A stretch of DNA of 64,000 bases, from assembly GCA_963844255.1 (NCBI GenBank), contig CAWJNP010000018.1, positions 14,847 to 78,846 on the forward strand. Reading direction: 5' to 3'. Of this stretch, positions 49,049 to 60,906 are shown one piece after another. This DNA is from an uncultured beta proteobacterium. GTDB lineage: Bacteria; Pseudomonadota; Gammaproteobacteria; Burkholderiales; SG8-39. The number at the start of each line of letters is the position of its first letter. Positions within the stretch are counted from its first letter, which is position 1. The notes beneath the pieces are model-generated. The model worked only from the letters and a program-made list of their open reading frames with translations. It did not search any database and had not been told where the DNA came from. Made by a program: the position numbers and the translations under genes.

Positions 49049-50268
49049 ATGCAGCAGGAGTAGAGGCAAGGGGCGCGAATGCGCTGCCCCTCGACGGGAT
49101 CCGCGTCGTCGACTTCTCTCGTGTGCTGGCCGGCCCCATCTGCGGCGCGATGCTCGGCGACATGGGCGCCGATGTGGTCAAGATCGAGGATGTGCGCGGC
49201 GGCGACGAGTCGCGCACCTGGCCGCCGCAGCGCGGCGGCGAATCGGGCGCCTATATCGTCAACAACCGCAACAAGCGCGCGATCGCCCTCGACCTGAAGC
49301 AGCCCGAGGCGGCACAGATCGCGCTGGAGCTCGCAAGCCGCGCGGATGTGCTGATCGAGAATTTCCGCACCGGCACGATGGAATCGTTCGGGCTCGGCTG
49401 GGACGTGCTCGCCGCCCGCAACCCCCGCCTGATCTACTGTGCGGTGTCGGCGTTCGGGCGCACCGGTCCGCGCGCGGCCGAAGCCGGGTACGAGGCGCTG
49501 ATGCAGGCGTTCAGCGGCGTAATGTCGATCACCGGCGAACCGGACTCGGCGCCCGTGCGTTGCGGGGTATCGGTGCTGGACATCATGACCGGCACGCTGT
49601 GCAGCTTCGGGATCGTGAACGCGATCCTCCAGCGCCAGAAGACGGGCGTCGGCCAGCGCATCGACGGCTCGCTGTTCGATACCTCCATCGGCCTGATGAA
49701 CTTCCAGGCCCAGAACTACCTGCTCACGGGTACGGTGCCGAAGGCGCTCGGTTCCGCCCACCCGTCGCTGGTGCCCTACAGGAACTTCCGCTGTGCCGAC
49801 GATCTGTGGATATTCGTCGCCGGCGGCAACGACCGCCTGTGGCAGCGGGTGGCACGCGCGCTCGGGCTGGAAGCGATGATCGAGGATCCGCGTTACGCCA
49901 CCAACATGGCCCGGGTTGCGAACCGCGCGGATGTCGAAGGCGCGGTTACAAGAGCGATCGCGCAGCACGCGCGTGCGCCCTTGCTCGAATTGCTCGAGCG
50001 CGCGGGCGTGCCGGCCACGCCGGTCAATACGATCGACCAGGCGCTGGGCGACCCGCAGGCGGCCGACCGGCCATCGCTCAGGGAGATGGCCCATCCAACG
50101 CTCGGAAACATCGATGTCGTCGGCATGCCGCTGGGATTCTCCGCAATGCAGCCGGAGATCAGGCGACACGCGCCGATGCATGGCGAGCACACCGACGAGG
50201 TGCTCGGTGAACTCGGCTATACGTCCGCGCAGATCGCGGACCTGCGCTCGCGCGGCCTGATCGCCTGA
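49045..50268 (+). CDS. Family III CoA-transferase (second copy)
   Basis: 407 aa. LDGIRVVDFSRVLAGPICGAMLGDMGADVVKIE...NKRAIALDLK. The ATG overlaps the molybdoenzyme stop (ATGA). Confidence 0.9.
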   Translation: MNAAGVEARGANALPLDGIRVVDFSRVLAGPICGAMLGDMGADVVKIEDVRGGDESRTWPPQRGGESGAYIVNNRNKRAIALDLKQPEAAQIALELASRADVLIENFRTGTMESFGLGWDVLAARNPRLIYCAVSAFGRTGPRAAEAGYEALMQAFSGVMSITGEPDSAPVRCGVSVLDIMTGTLCSFGIVNAILQRQKTGVGQRIDGSLFDTSIGLMNFQAQNYLLTGTVPKALGSAHPSLVPYRNFRCADDLWIFVAGGNDRLWQRVARALGLEAMIEDPRYATNMARVANRADVEGAVTRAIAQHARAPLLELLERAGVPATPVNTIDQALGDPQAADRPSLREMAHPTLGNIDVVGMPLGFSAMQPEIRRHAPMHGEHTDEVLGELGYTSAQIADLRSRGLIA

Positions 50269-50319
50269 GATCGGACGCGGGCGTCTCGATGACGGCGCCC
50301 GCACGCCGGCCGACGCACC

Positions 50320-50817
50320 CTACTGGATGCGATAGATCTCCTCGGCGAAATTGCCACGCGAGACCGACAGCGAACCGTTCTTGCCCGTCGAAAGCGCCGA
50401 AAGGCGCGCGGTGTCCCTGCCCTGCTCCCAGAGGATCTTGAACACCTCGCGCTCTTCCTTGTTCTTGCGGATGATCTTCTCGCGCGCCTCGGAAAGCGGC
50501 TTGCCGTAGCGGCCGCGCAGGAACACGGCCACGCTATCAACGTTGGCCATGTCGAAACGCACGTCGAACCCCTGGACCGCGTCGGCTTTCAGATAGAAGG
50601 TGACGCGCGACTCGATCCCCGCGAAGGGCACCTTCGCATCGTCGCAGCGCCGGTCGGCGGCAGCCGACTTCCATTCGAGCGGTTTGCAGCGGATGCCGGG
50701 GAAAGACTTCTTGATCGCGAGCTCGGTGTCTCCGAGCCGCACGCCGTTGACGTCGAATCCCGCGCCGCTCGCGAGCAGCGGCATTGAAAGAAACATGAGA
50801 AACACGAACCGCTTCAT
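50320..50817 (-). CDS. Hypothetical exported protein
   Basis: MKRFVFLMFLSMPLLASGAG is a signal peptide. I recognise no family. Its ATG overlaps the tag stop, so it is probably co-transcribed with tag. Confidence 0.55.
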   Translation of the reverse strand: MKRFVFLMFLSMPLLASGAGFDVNGVRLGDTELAIKKSFPGIRCKPLEWKSAAADRRCDDAKVPFAGIESRVTFYLKADAVQGFDVRFDMANVDSVAVFLRGRYGKPLSEAREKIIRKNKEEREVFKILWEQGRDTARLSALSTGKNGSLSVSRGNFAEEIYRIQ

Positions 50818-51392
50818 CTGCCGATTTCCTTGTAACGAAAGCACTGTGCCGTGTGATCGTTGACCATGCCGGTCGCCTGCATGAAGGCATACATGATGGT
50901 GGACCCCACGAACTTGAACCCGCGCGCCTTGAGATCCTTGGACAGCGCATCCGACTGTTCGGTTCGCGCGGGAATGTCTGCGGCACTTTTTCTCCTGCCC
51001 TGCACCGGCTTTCCATCGACAAACGACCAGACATAAGCCGAAAAGCTGCCGAACTCCTTCTGAACGGCCAGGAATGCCTGCGCGTTGACCACAGCCGACT
51101 CGATTTTTGCGCGATTCCTGATGATCCCGGCATCCTGCATCAGTGCCGCCTTTTTCACCGCGGTGTAGCGCGCGACCTTGGCGGGGTCAAAGCCATCGAA
51201 GACTTCCCGGTATCGATCGCGCTTCTTCAGCACCGTGTCCCATGAAAGGCCGGCCTGCGCGCCCTCGAGGATCAGGAACTCGAACAGCACCCGGTCGTCG
51301 TGCACCGGCACGCCCCACTCGCGGTCGTGATACTCGACCGCCAGCGGATTGCCCGGCCAGGCACAGCGCTTCTTTTCAGGCAGCAGGGCCAT
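50814..51392 (-). CDS. tag: DNA-3-methyladenine glycosylase I
   Basis: RCAWPGNPLAVEYHDREWGVPVHDDRVLFEFLILEGAQAGLSWDTVLKKR...GSTIMYAFMQATGMVNDH is a textbook Tag sequence. 192 aa. Confidence 0.9.
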   Translation of the reverse strand: MALLPEKKRCAWPGNPLAVEYHDREWGVPVHDDRVLFEFLILEGAQAGLSWDTVLKKRDRYREVFDGFDPAKVARYTAVKKAALMQDAGIIRNRAKIESAVVNAQAFLAVQKEFGSFSAYVWSFVDGKPVQGRRKSAADIPARTEQSDALSKDLKARGFKFVGSTIMYAFMQATGMVNDHTAQCFRYKEIGR

Positions 51393-51615
51393 ATCCGCCT
51401 CGACCTTCGGGTTCCTCGAACGTGATCATGCAGACCAGTCGCTTTTTCATCGGGAAGAATCGCCATTTTAACCGCCAGCTCCTTGCATTCGCAGTCAGTG
51501 GTCTGTCGCACATACATTCGCGACAGCAGAATTCAGAATGCAGCGGGGACTGTTCGTCGCATCCGCTTGTCAGGCACCGAGATCCGGTTTTCGAACGAAA
51601 AGGGGAAATGCAGAA

Positions 51616-52944
51616 GTGAGCGAACCCACGGTATTCATGGTGTGGTGCATCGTGGTCGGCGTATTGCTGATCGCCATGACCATGGGAAGTTCCTTTGTGG
51701 CGCGGCTTCCCCTCAGTTCGGCCATGCTGTATCTGGCGGTGGGCTTTGGCATCGGGCCGGCAGGGCTCGGTCTGCTGGACGTGGATTCGCTCCGCGATTC
51801 AACGCTGCTCGAGCGCATGACCGAGGTCGCCGTGCTGATCTCGCTGTTCACGGTCGGCATGAAACTGGAACTGCCCCTGGACGACCGGCGCTGGCGCATT
51901 CCCGTCCAGCTGGCTTCAGTCTCCATGCTGATCACAGTCGCCTGCATTGCCGCCATCGGCGTCTATCTGATGGATCTGTCGCTCGGTGCGGCAATACTGC
52001 TGGGCGGCATTCTTGCGCCCACCGACCCGGTACTCGCTTCCGACGTTCAGGTCGCCAAGGGGAGCGGACGCGACCGGCTGCGCTTCGGACTGACCGGCGA
52101 AGGCGGCCTCAATGACGGGACTGCATTCCCGTTCGTCATGCTGGGGCTGGGCCTGCTTTCGCTCCACAATCTTGGTGAATTCGGTTGGCGCTGGGTGGCG
52201 ATTGACGTGCTCTGGGCAGTCGCGGGCGGGCTGGCGATCGGCTACACGCTCGGCACGCTGGTAGGCCACGCTGTCATCTACCTGCGCCGGCGCCATCGCG
52301 AAGCCCTGGGATCGGACGAGTTCATCGCGTTCGGCCTGATCGCGCTCGCCTACGGCGTGGCGCTGCTGTGCGCGACGTATGGATTCCTCGCCGTCTTCGC
52401 GGCAGGGCTCGCACTGCGCCGCATTGACGACCGATCCTCGAACGGGGCCGCGATCGCACCAATGCCGCGCGACCTGACCACAGAAACCACGTCGACCCGA
52501 CTTCCGGACTCCCCTGCCAACATGATGCAGGCAGTGGCGCGCTTCAACGCGCAACTCGAACGATTCGCGGAAGTGGCGATCGTGCTTGTGGTCGGTGCCC
52601 TGCTGGCGACGGTCGATTTTCGCGCCGAGGTGCTCTGGTTCATCCCCGTGCTGTTTGCAATCATTCGTCCGCTGGCGGTGTATCTCGGACTGATCGGCAC
52701 CGGCGTGACCGGACCGCAGCGCACCCTGATGGCCTGGTTTGGAATACGCGGTATCGGCTCGATCTACTACCTGATGTACGCCATCAGCCACGGCATCGAA
52801 CCCGGGCTCGCCGGGCAGCTGCTGTCGATCACGACGGCCGTCGTCGTCGCTTCGGCCGTGGTGCACGGCGTGTCCGTGACGCCCCTGATGAAGCGATACT
52901 CGGAAAGCGCGGCACCGAAGTTGCTGGGGCGGCTCCCGAGCTGA
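51616..52944 (+). CDS. Cation:proton antiporter (CPA1, Na+/H+ exchanger family)
   Basis: Polytopic. ...LAPTDPVLASDVQV... and ...GEGGLNDGTAFPF are NhaP-type motifs. The start is uncertain (GTG 51616 after an AAGGGGA RBS, or ATG 51637). The track start at 51538 is unlikely. Confidence 0.85.
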   Translation: MSEPTVFMVWCIVVGVLLIAMTMGSSFVARLPLSSAMLYLAVGFGIGPAGLGLLDVDSLRDSTLLERMTEVAVLISLFTVGMKLELPLDDRRWRIPVQLASVSMLITVACIAAIGVYLMDLSLGAAILLGGILAPTDPVLASDVQVAKGSGRDRLRFGLTGEGGLNDGTAFPFVMLGLGLLSLHNLGEFGWRWVAIDVLWAVAGGLAIGYTLGTLVGHAVIYLRRRHREALGSDEFIAFGLIALAYGVALLCATYGFLAVFAAGLALRRIDDRSSNGAAIAPMPRDLTTETTSTRLPDSPANMMQAVARFNAQLERFAEVAIVLVVGALLATVDFRAEVLWFIPVLFAIIRPLAVYLGLIGTGVTGPQRTLMAWFGIRGIGSIYYLMYAISHGIEPGLAGQLLSITTAVVVASAVVHGVSVTPLMKRYSESAAPKLLGRLPS

Positions 52945-52989
52945 ACACGGCCCGGGCGCGGTCCGGACGCCCCCGCCCTCCCGCGCTGG

Positions 52990-53016
52990 TGTCGCCTGCC
53001 GGCGACAGAACTTTTC
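52990..53016 (+). terminator. Candidate rho-independent terminator after the antiporter gene
   Basis: TGTCGCC-TGCC-GGCGACA hairpin (52990-53007) followed by GAACTTTTCC. It lies 46 nt after the stop. The T-tract is short. Confidence 0.45.
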
Positions 53017-53299
53017 CCTTCGAATCAGCCGGTTTCACGGAGTGCGCCGAAACGCGTCGTCACACGGCGACAGTCCGGGCCCGGTCCGTTCCAGCCTTCA
53101 GGACGCAATGTCCTGATACTTCTGGAAAAAGCTGCTCTGGCACGCTCGTTGCAAGCCGTCCGCTACCGGTCTGATTTCGATCCGGGTCTGGCGATGTGGC
53201 GCAAGGAACTACAACGATGAACAGCACGCACCAGTCAGTCACGTTGCGCACCGCGCCGGGCGGCAACACCCTTTGTCCATCCTAAAAAAAGGAAAACCC

Positions 53300-53737
53300 A
53301 TGAAACCGTCCATCCACACGATGCGTCACCCGCTCCGACGCGGCATCGCGCGCATCCTGATCGCCAGCACAGCCGTACTTGGCATGCCGCTGCCGGCGGC
53401 GCACGCCGAACTGATTTCCACCGAGCAGGCAGTCGCGCATGCGGACATCGCGAGCGCGGCTCAGTCGCGCCGTGGGCGCCTCGCGGCCCTGCTCGCGCGC
53501 GCCGAGGTGCGCGCCGAACTGGCGCGCCAGGGGGTCGATCCGGACGAGGCCGCCGCGCGCGCAGCTGCGCTCTCGGATGCGCAGATCGATGCGATGGCCG
53601 GCCGGATCGATGCGCTGCCGGCCGGCGGCGACTTCGGCGGCATCATCGGCGCCGCGGTGTTCGTGTTCCTTGTGCTGCTGGTCACCGACGTGCTCGGACT
53701 CACCAAGGTGTTCAGCTTCACCCGCCCGATCAAGTGA
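53300..53737 (+). CDS. PA2779-family protein (signal peptide plus C-terminal TM helix)
   Basis: MKPSIHTMRHPLRRGIARILIASTAVLGMPLPAAHAELISTEQ..., Ala/Arg-rich helical middle, and C-terminal GGIIGAAVFVFLVLLVTDVLGL. It is paired with the peptidase gene below. AAGGA RBS lies before ATG 53300. Confidence 0.65.
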   Translation: MKPSIHTMRHPLRRGIARILIASTAVLGMPLPAAHAELISTEQAVAHADIASAAQSRRGRLAALLARAEVRAELARQGVDPDEAAARAAALSDAQIDAMAGRIDALPAGGDFGGIIGAAVFVFLVLLVTDVLGLTKVFSFTRPIK

Positions 53738-54696
53738 TCCTCCCCACTTGCCCGGGTCGGGGCACGCCCTGCCGCCTTCTGGCGGCAGGGCTTCTTCTGC
53801 TCGCCCTCGCCGGCTGCGCAAGCCCGCAGCTTCGTGAGCTCGAACAGCATCCTCCGCAGGGCCTCGCGCAGCGCGCCGAGGTGCGCGGCGTACCTTTCTT
53901 CGCACAGGAGAAATACCAGTGCGGTCCTGCGACGCTGGCGATGGTGCTTAACGCGGGAGGAGCCGCAGTGACACCCGGAGAACTGGTGGCGCAGGTCTGG
54001 CTGCCCGAACGCCATGGCAGTCTGCAACCCGAGATGCTCGCGACGGCGCGGCGGCACGGATTCCTCGCGCTGACGCTTGCGCCGCGCCTCGCCGACCTGC
54101 TCGCCGAGCTCGACGCCGGCCACCCGGTGATCGTGCTCGAAAACCGGGGCCTCGACTGGTTTCCGATCTGGCACTACGCGGTGGCCATCGGTTACGACCT
54201 CGGCCGGGACGAGATCGTGCTGCGCTCCGGCAACCAGCCGCGCGAGACGCTGTCGCTGTCCACCTTCGAACGTCTCTGGGCGCGCTCGGGCCACTGGGCG
54301 ATGCTCGCGCTGCCGGTCGGCACGCTGCCGGCCGGCACCGATCCGACCCCCTATCTCGATGCCGCCATGGGCCTCGAGCGCGCCGGACGCGTACCGGAGG
54401 CGCGCACCGCCTATGTTGCAGCGGTAGCACGCTGGCCCGACAGCGCCACAGCGTTCATCGGGCTGGGCAACACGGCCTACGCCGAAGGAGACCTCGTCGC
54501 AGCCGAGCAGGAATACCGGCGCGCGATCGCGCTCGAACCCCGCTCGGTGGCAGCGCTTAACAACCTGGCGCAGACCCTGCACGACCGCGGTTCGCGCGCA
54601 GAGGCGCTCGAATTCGCGCGCCGCGCGGCGCGCATCCAGGGTCCGCTGCAACCGGCGGCCCAACGTACGCTGGATTCGATTGCCGCGACGCGCTGA
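53734..54696 (+). CDS. PA2778-family (C39-like) cysteine peptidase lipoprotein with C-terminal TPR repeats
   Basis: Lipobox LALAGCA. VPFFAQEKYQCGPATLAMVLN (catalytic Cys context of C39-like peptidases) ... WHYAVAIGYD (His). TPR-like repeats ...GLGNTAYAEGDLVAAEQEYRRAIALEP...NNLAQTL. The GTG start overlaps the preceding stop. Confidence 0.7.
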   Translation: MILPTCPGRGTPCRLLAAGLLLLALAGCASPQLRELEQHPPQGLAQRAEVRGVPFFAQEKYQCGPATLAMVLNAGGAAVTPGELVAQVWLPERHGSLQPEMLATARRHGFLALTLAPRLADLLAELDAGHPVIVLENRGLDWFPIWHYAVAIGYDLGRDEIVLRSGNQPRETLSLSTFERLWARSGHWAMLALPVGTLPAGTDPTPYLDAAMGLERAGRVPEARTAYVAAVARWPDSATAFIGLGNTAYAEGDLVAAEQEYRRAIALEPRSVAALNNLAQTLHDRGSRAEALEFARRAARIQGPLQPAAQRTLDSIAATR

Positions 54697-54793
54697 GAGG
54701 CGCCCGGGCCCCACCCCGGGAACAGTGTGGTTCCGACAGCCGCGCGCCACGTCCGCGCAACATGCCTTGCGCTTTCAATCCGAGGGGTCGTAC

Positions 54794-55708
54794 ATGCATT
54801 CGATTGCTCCATCCCGCCACTTCATCGGCAGCCTGAGGCAGATCTTCACTCACGGCCTGATCACCCTGCTCGCGGTGCTGATCGCGTTCGCACTGCCCAG
54901 CGCGGCCAGCTACATCCTGTTCGACTGGTGGCCGCAAGTCGAACGCGACCCGAACCTGCTGCTGGCGAGCGAGGTCCTGCTCGCCTCGTTTCTGGTGCTG
55001 CTGTGCAATTTCGCCAAGATCGCCTGGGATACGCGCCACAAGACCGCGATCGCCGCGCTGGCCTCGCTGGTGTACGCGCGCAACTCCAGGGAGGGCTGGG
55101 TCGCGCGCTGGCGCGAGCGCAAACTGATCCGCCAGCTGCCCGCGACGCGCGACGCCTGCATCCTGACCCAGACCGGCTACGAGACGCTGGTCGAGCCCGA
55201 CAGTCCGCTGCGCGCCGTACTGGAGGGCGCCTACGAGATCCGTGTGATGATGGTCAATCCGACCGGCGATGGTTTGCGCCGGCACGTCGACTCGCTGCCC
55301 GAGGACGTAACACTGCTCTCGTTCCACAGCGAAATCGAGTCGAGCATCGCCTTCCTTGCCGACCTGCGCCGGCAGGGCAAGAAGGTCACGCTGAAGTTCT
55401 ACGACGAGACGCCGTTCTGGAAGCTCGTGGTGCTCGGCGACCATGTCTGGGTGCAGCACTGCCATTCGGGGTTCGGGATGCGCGAGCAGCCGGAATACGT
55501 GTTCTCCCTGCAGCACGACAATCCGCGCCTGGGCCTGTTCGTGCCCTTCTACACGCATTTCCTGAACTGCTGGGGTGAGGCGCGCCATCCGGAATACGAC
55601 TTCGACAACGACGAGCTGATCTACCGGGACGGCGCCGGCAACGAGACGGCACGCGCCCCGCTCGGCGTGGCGGTCAAGCCCGCGCTCGCGGAGGCGACTC
55701 TGCACTGA
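54794..55708 (+). CDS. Hypothetical membrane-anchored protein (2 TM plus soluble C-terminal domain of about 200 aa)
   Basis: TM helices LITLLAVLIAFALPSAASYILF and LLLASEVLLASFLVLLCNFAKIAW. The C-terminal domain has EIRVMMVNP...VTLKFYDETPFWKLVVLGDHVWVQHCHSG, vaguely reminiscent of PLD-like/DUF5919-type domains (weak recall only). Confidence 0.55.
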   Translation: MHSIAPSRHFIGSLRQIFTHGLITLLAVLIAFALPSAASYILFDWWPQVERDPNLLLASEVLLASFLVLLCNFAKIAWDTRHKTAIAALASLVYARNSREGWVARWRERKLIRQLPATRDACILTQTGYETLVEPDSPLRAVLEGAYEIRVMMVNPTGDGLRRHVDSLPEDVTLLSFHSEIESSIAFLADLRRQGKKVTLKFYDETPFWKLVVLGDHVWVQHCHSGFGMREQPEYVFSLQHDNPRLGLFVPFYTHFLNCWGEARHPEYDFDNDELIYRDGAGNETARAPLGVAVKPALAEATLH

Positions 55709-55712
55709 ACAC

Positions 55713-56426
55713 TCAGTTGCTCTGCTTCTTCCAGGCTGCGTAACGCGCGCGGGTCTCCTCGTTCGGGGGATAGGTCCCGGGCAGCGGCCGGCCTGATGCG
55801 ATCTCTTCCTGCACGAAGCGCTCGAGCATCTCCTGTTCGAAGGTGAGTGGCGCGATCTCGTCGGCCAGGTGGCGCGGGATCACCACCACACCCTCCGCGT
55901 CGCCGATGATCACGTCGCCCGGATACACCGCCACCCCGCCGCAGGCGATCGGCACGTTCGACTCGACCGCGTGCTGGTGGGTCAGGCTGATCGGCGCCGA
56001 AGGCGCCTGGCAGTAGACCGGGAACGCGCGCGCGGCGATGTCGGGGCTGTCGCGCAGGCCGCCGTCGGTCACCATGCCCGCAACCCCGCGCACCTCGAGC
56101 CGGCGCACGAGGATCCCCCCGGCGGAGGCGCAGCGCGCATCGCCACGGCAGTCGATCACCAGCACGCACCCCTTAGGCGTAATCTCGATCGCCTTGCGCT
56201 GCGGATGCTCCGGATTGTCGAGGATCCCGGTGTGATCGAGATCCTCGCGCGCTGGAATGTTGCGCAGCGTGAAGGCCTCGCCCACCAAGGTCGGCGCCTC
56301 GGGCGTCAGGCGCGACACGCCCTGCATCACCTGATTGCGCAGTCCGCGCTTGAACAACTGCGTCGCCAGCGTCGCGCTCGTGCAGGAAGCGAGCAGCGTG
56401 CGGGTTTCTGTGGAAAGTCTGTTCAT
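55713..56426 (-). CDS. RraA-family protein (4-hydroxy-4-methyl-2-oxoglutarate aldolase / oxaloacetate decarboxylase-like)
   Basis: ...LVGEAFTLRNIPARED..., VLVIDCRGDARCASAGGILVRRLEVRGVAGMVTDGGLRD, GDVIIGDAEGVVVIP. 237 aa. Confidence 0.8.
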   Translation of the reverse strand: MNRLSTETRTLLASCTSATLATQLFKRGLRNQVMQGVSRLTPEAPTLVGEAFTLRNIPAREDLDHTGILDNPEHPQRKAIEITPKGCVLVIDCRGDARCASAGGILVRRLEVRGVAGMVTDGGLRDSPDIAARAFPVYCQAPSAPISLTHQHAVESNVPIACGGVAVYPGDVIIGDAEGVVVIPRHLADEIAPLTFEQEMLERFVQEEIASGRPLPGTYPPNEETRARYAAWKKQSN

Positions 56427-56458
56427 GGCGATTGTCGGCTCCGCTTGCGCCCGGGATT

Positions 56459-58833
<2,375 letters not shown>

Positions 58834-58836
<3 letters not shown>

Positions 58837-59244
58837 TCCGGCCGCTCCATCGGGAACGACGGCCGTGGCTTCGATCTCGAGTCGCGCCGCATCCTCCACC
58901 AGCGCGCCCACCTGGACGACAGCCATCACCGGATAGTTCCGGCCCATCAATTCGCGGTAGGCCGCGCCGACTTCCGCGATCGCGGCGAGGTACTCCTGCT
59001 TGTCCACGACATACCAGGTGAGCCGCACGAGATGCTCTGGTCCACCGCCCGCTTCTGCGAGCACGGCAAGGATGTTCTTCATCGCCTGCCGGAACTGCCC
59101 GGCGAAGCCTGTTTCGGTAAATTCGCATTTCTCGTTCCAGCCGATCTGGCCGGCAATGAACACCAGTTTCCCGCCGCGGGTGGCAAGCCCGTTCGAATAG
59201 CCCCTCGGCCTGGCCCAGCCCGGTGGTTGGAGAACCTGCATCAT
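58834..59244 (-). CDS. RidA/YjgF-family protein (enamine/imine deaminase fold)
   Basis: ...[23 protein letters not shown]...[23 protein letters not shown]...[25 protein letters not shown]. Confidence 0.85.
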
Positions 59245-60881
59245 GGTGTCGCCCTCAGTCGGAAGCGCTGCAATTTGCCGGTTTCGGTGCGCGGCAGAGT
59301 CTCTGCGAATTCGACCGCGCGGGGATACTTGTAGGGCGCAATCGTGTTCTTTACGTGGTCCTGGAGCATCGCGGCGACAGCCGCGTTGCCCTGGTAGCCG
59401 GGCTTGAGCACGACGTAGGCCTTGACGATCTGGCCGCGCGCCTCGTCCGGCACGCCTACGACGCCGCATTCGGCCACCGCCTCATGCGCGAGCAGTGCGC
59501 CCTCGACCTCCGGACCGGCGATGTTGTAACCCGCGGAGACAATCATGTCGTCGGTGCGCGCCTGGTAGAAGAAGTAGCCATCCCCGTCCATCGCATAGGC
59601 GTCTCCCGTGACGTTCCAGCCGTTCTGCACATATACAGACTGCCGCTCGTCGGCAATGTAGCGGCAGCCCGTCGGTCCCTTGACCGCAAGCCGCCCGACA
59701 ACCCCGGCACGGCACGGCACGCCATTGTCGTCGAGCACCGTCGCCGTGTAGCCGGGAATCGCATATCCGGTCGCGCCCCGCCGCGCCGCCTCGGGGGTGT
59801 GGGAAATGAAGATGTGGATCATCTCGGTCGCGCCGATGCCGTCGATGATTTCGATTCCCGTGGCATTGCGAAACAGCTGACGGGTCGCATCCGGCAGCGC
59901 CTCTCCCGCAGAAACGCATTTGGCGAGGCTCTTCAGGTTGTGATTCTTCGCAATCGGCGCCATCTGCCGGTAGAAAGTCGGTGCCGTAAAGCAGATCGTT
60001 GCCCTGAACTTGTCGACGGCTTCCAGCAGGCCGTCGGGGGAGAGCCGCTCGAGCAGCACCGTGGAGGCCCCGAACCGTAGCGGAAAACAGAGCAGGCCGC
60101 CCAGGCCGAAGGTGAAGGCCAGCGGGGGCGTTCCGCAGAAGATGTCGTCCTTCGACGGTTTCAGGCAGGAGCGCGGAAAGCAGTCACACATCGCGATGAC
60201 ATCGCGATGGAAGTGCACCGTTCCCTTGGGCTTTCCGGTGGTGCCGGACGTGAACGCAATCAAGGCTGGATCCTCGGCCGAGGTATCGACATTGTCGAAG
60301 CGGCCGGACTTCCCGGCGCAGAGCCGGTCGAGCGATCCGGGCGCATCGTCGTACCAGTAGCGGACGTTTTCCAGCGTCGGGCATGCGCGCTGCGCCGCCC
60401 CGAGTTCGTCCGCCAACCGCTTGTCGCAGAGCGCGTGCGTGATCTGCGCCTTCTCGATGATCTCGGTCAGTTCCTTTGCGCGCAGCAGCGGCATGGTCCC
60501 CACCACGATGCCACCGGCCTTGAAGACGCCGAACCAGCAGGCCGCCATCATCGGGTTGTTCGGACCGCGCAGCAGCACGCGGTTGCCCGGTACCAGGCCC
60601 ATGTCTTCGACCAGCACGCGTGCGATGCGGTTGGCCTGTGCAAGCAGTTCCCCGTAGGTGCACTGACCGTCGGCCGCGCGGATCGCGACCCGGTCCCCCC
60701 AGCCGCGCTCGAGCGCCCGGTCGAGCAGCTCGGCCGCGCAGTTCATGCGCGCCGGATACTTGAGCTCCGGGAGTTCAAACCGCATTTCCGGCCAGGCCTC
60801 GCGCGGCGGCAGGTTGTCGCGCGCGAACGTGTCGATATGCGCAGTGTTGCGTGATCGATCGTATTGCGCGAATCGATCCAT
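59241..60881 (-). CDS. Aryl-carboxylate--CoA ligase (benzoate/2-aminobenzoate-CoA ligase family)
   Basis: [32 protein letters not shown]... is the N-terminus typical of aminobenzoate-CoA ligases. AMP motif [11 protein letters not shown], ...[29 protein letters not shown].... The start at complement 60879-60881 has a GAGGGAG RBS. Confidence 0.85.
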   Translation of the reverse strand: MDRFAQYDRSRNTAHIDTFARDNLPPREAWPEMRFELPELKYPARMNCAAELLDRALERGWGDRVAIRAADGQCTYGELLAQANRIARVLVEDMGLVPGNRVLLRGPNNPMMAACWFGVFKAGGIVVGTMPLLRAKELTEIIEKAQITHALCDKRLADELGAAQRACPTLENVRYWYDDAPGSLDRLCAGKSGRFDNVDTSAEDPALIAFTSGTTGKPKGTVHFHRDVIAMCDCFPRSCLKPSKDDIFCGTPPLAFTFGLGGLLCFPLRFGASTVLLERLSPDGLLEAVDKFRATICFTAPTFYRQMAPIAKNHNLKSLAKCVSAGEALPDATRQLFRNATGIEIIDGIGATEMIHIFISHTPEAARRGATGYAIPGYTATVLDDNGVPCRAGVVGRLAVKGPTGCRYIADERQSVYVQNGWNVTGDAYAMDGDGYFFYQARTDDMIVSAGYNIAGPEVEGALLAHEAVAECGVVGVPDEARGQIVKAYVVLKPGYQGNAAVAAMLQDHVKNTIAPYKYPRAVEFAETLPRTETGKLQRFRLRATP

Positions 60882-60906
60882 GCGCCGGCGCTCCCTCGAT
60901 TTTCCT

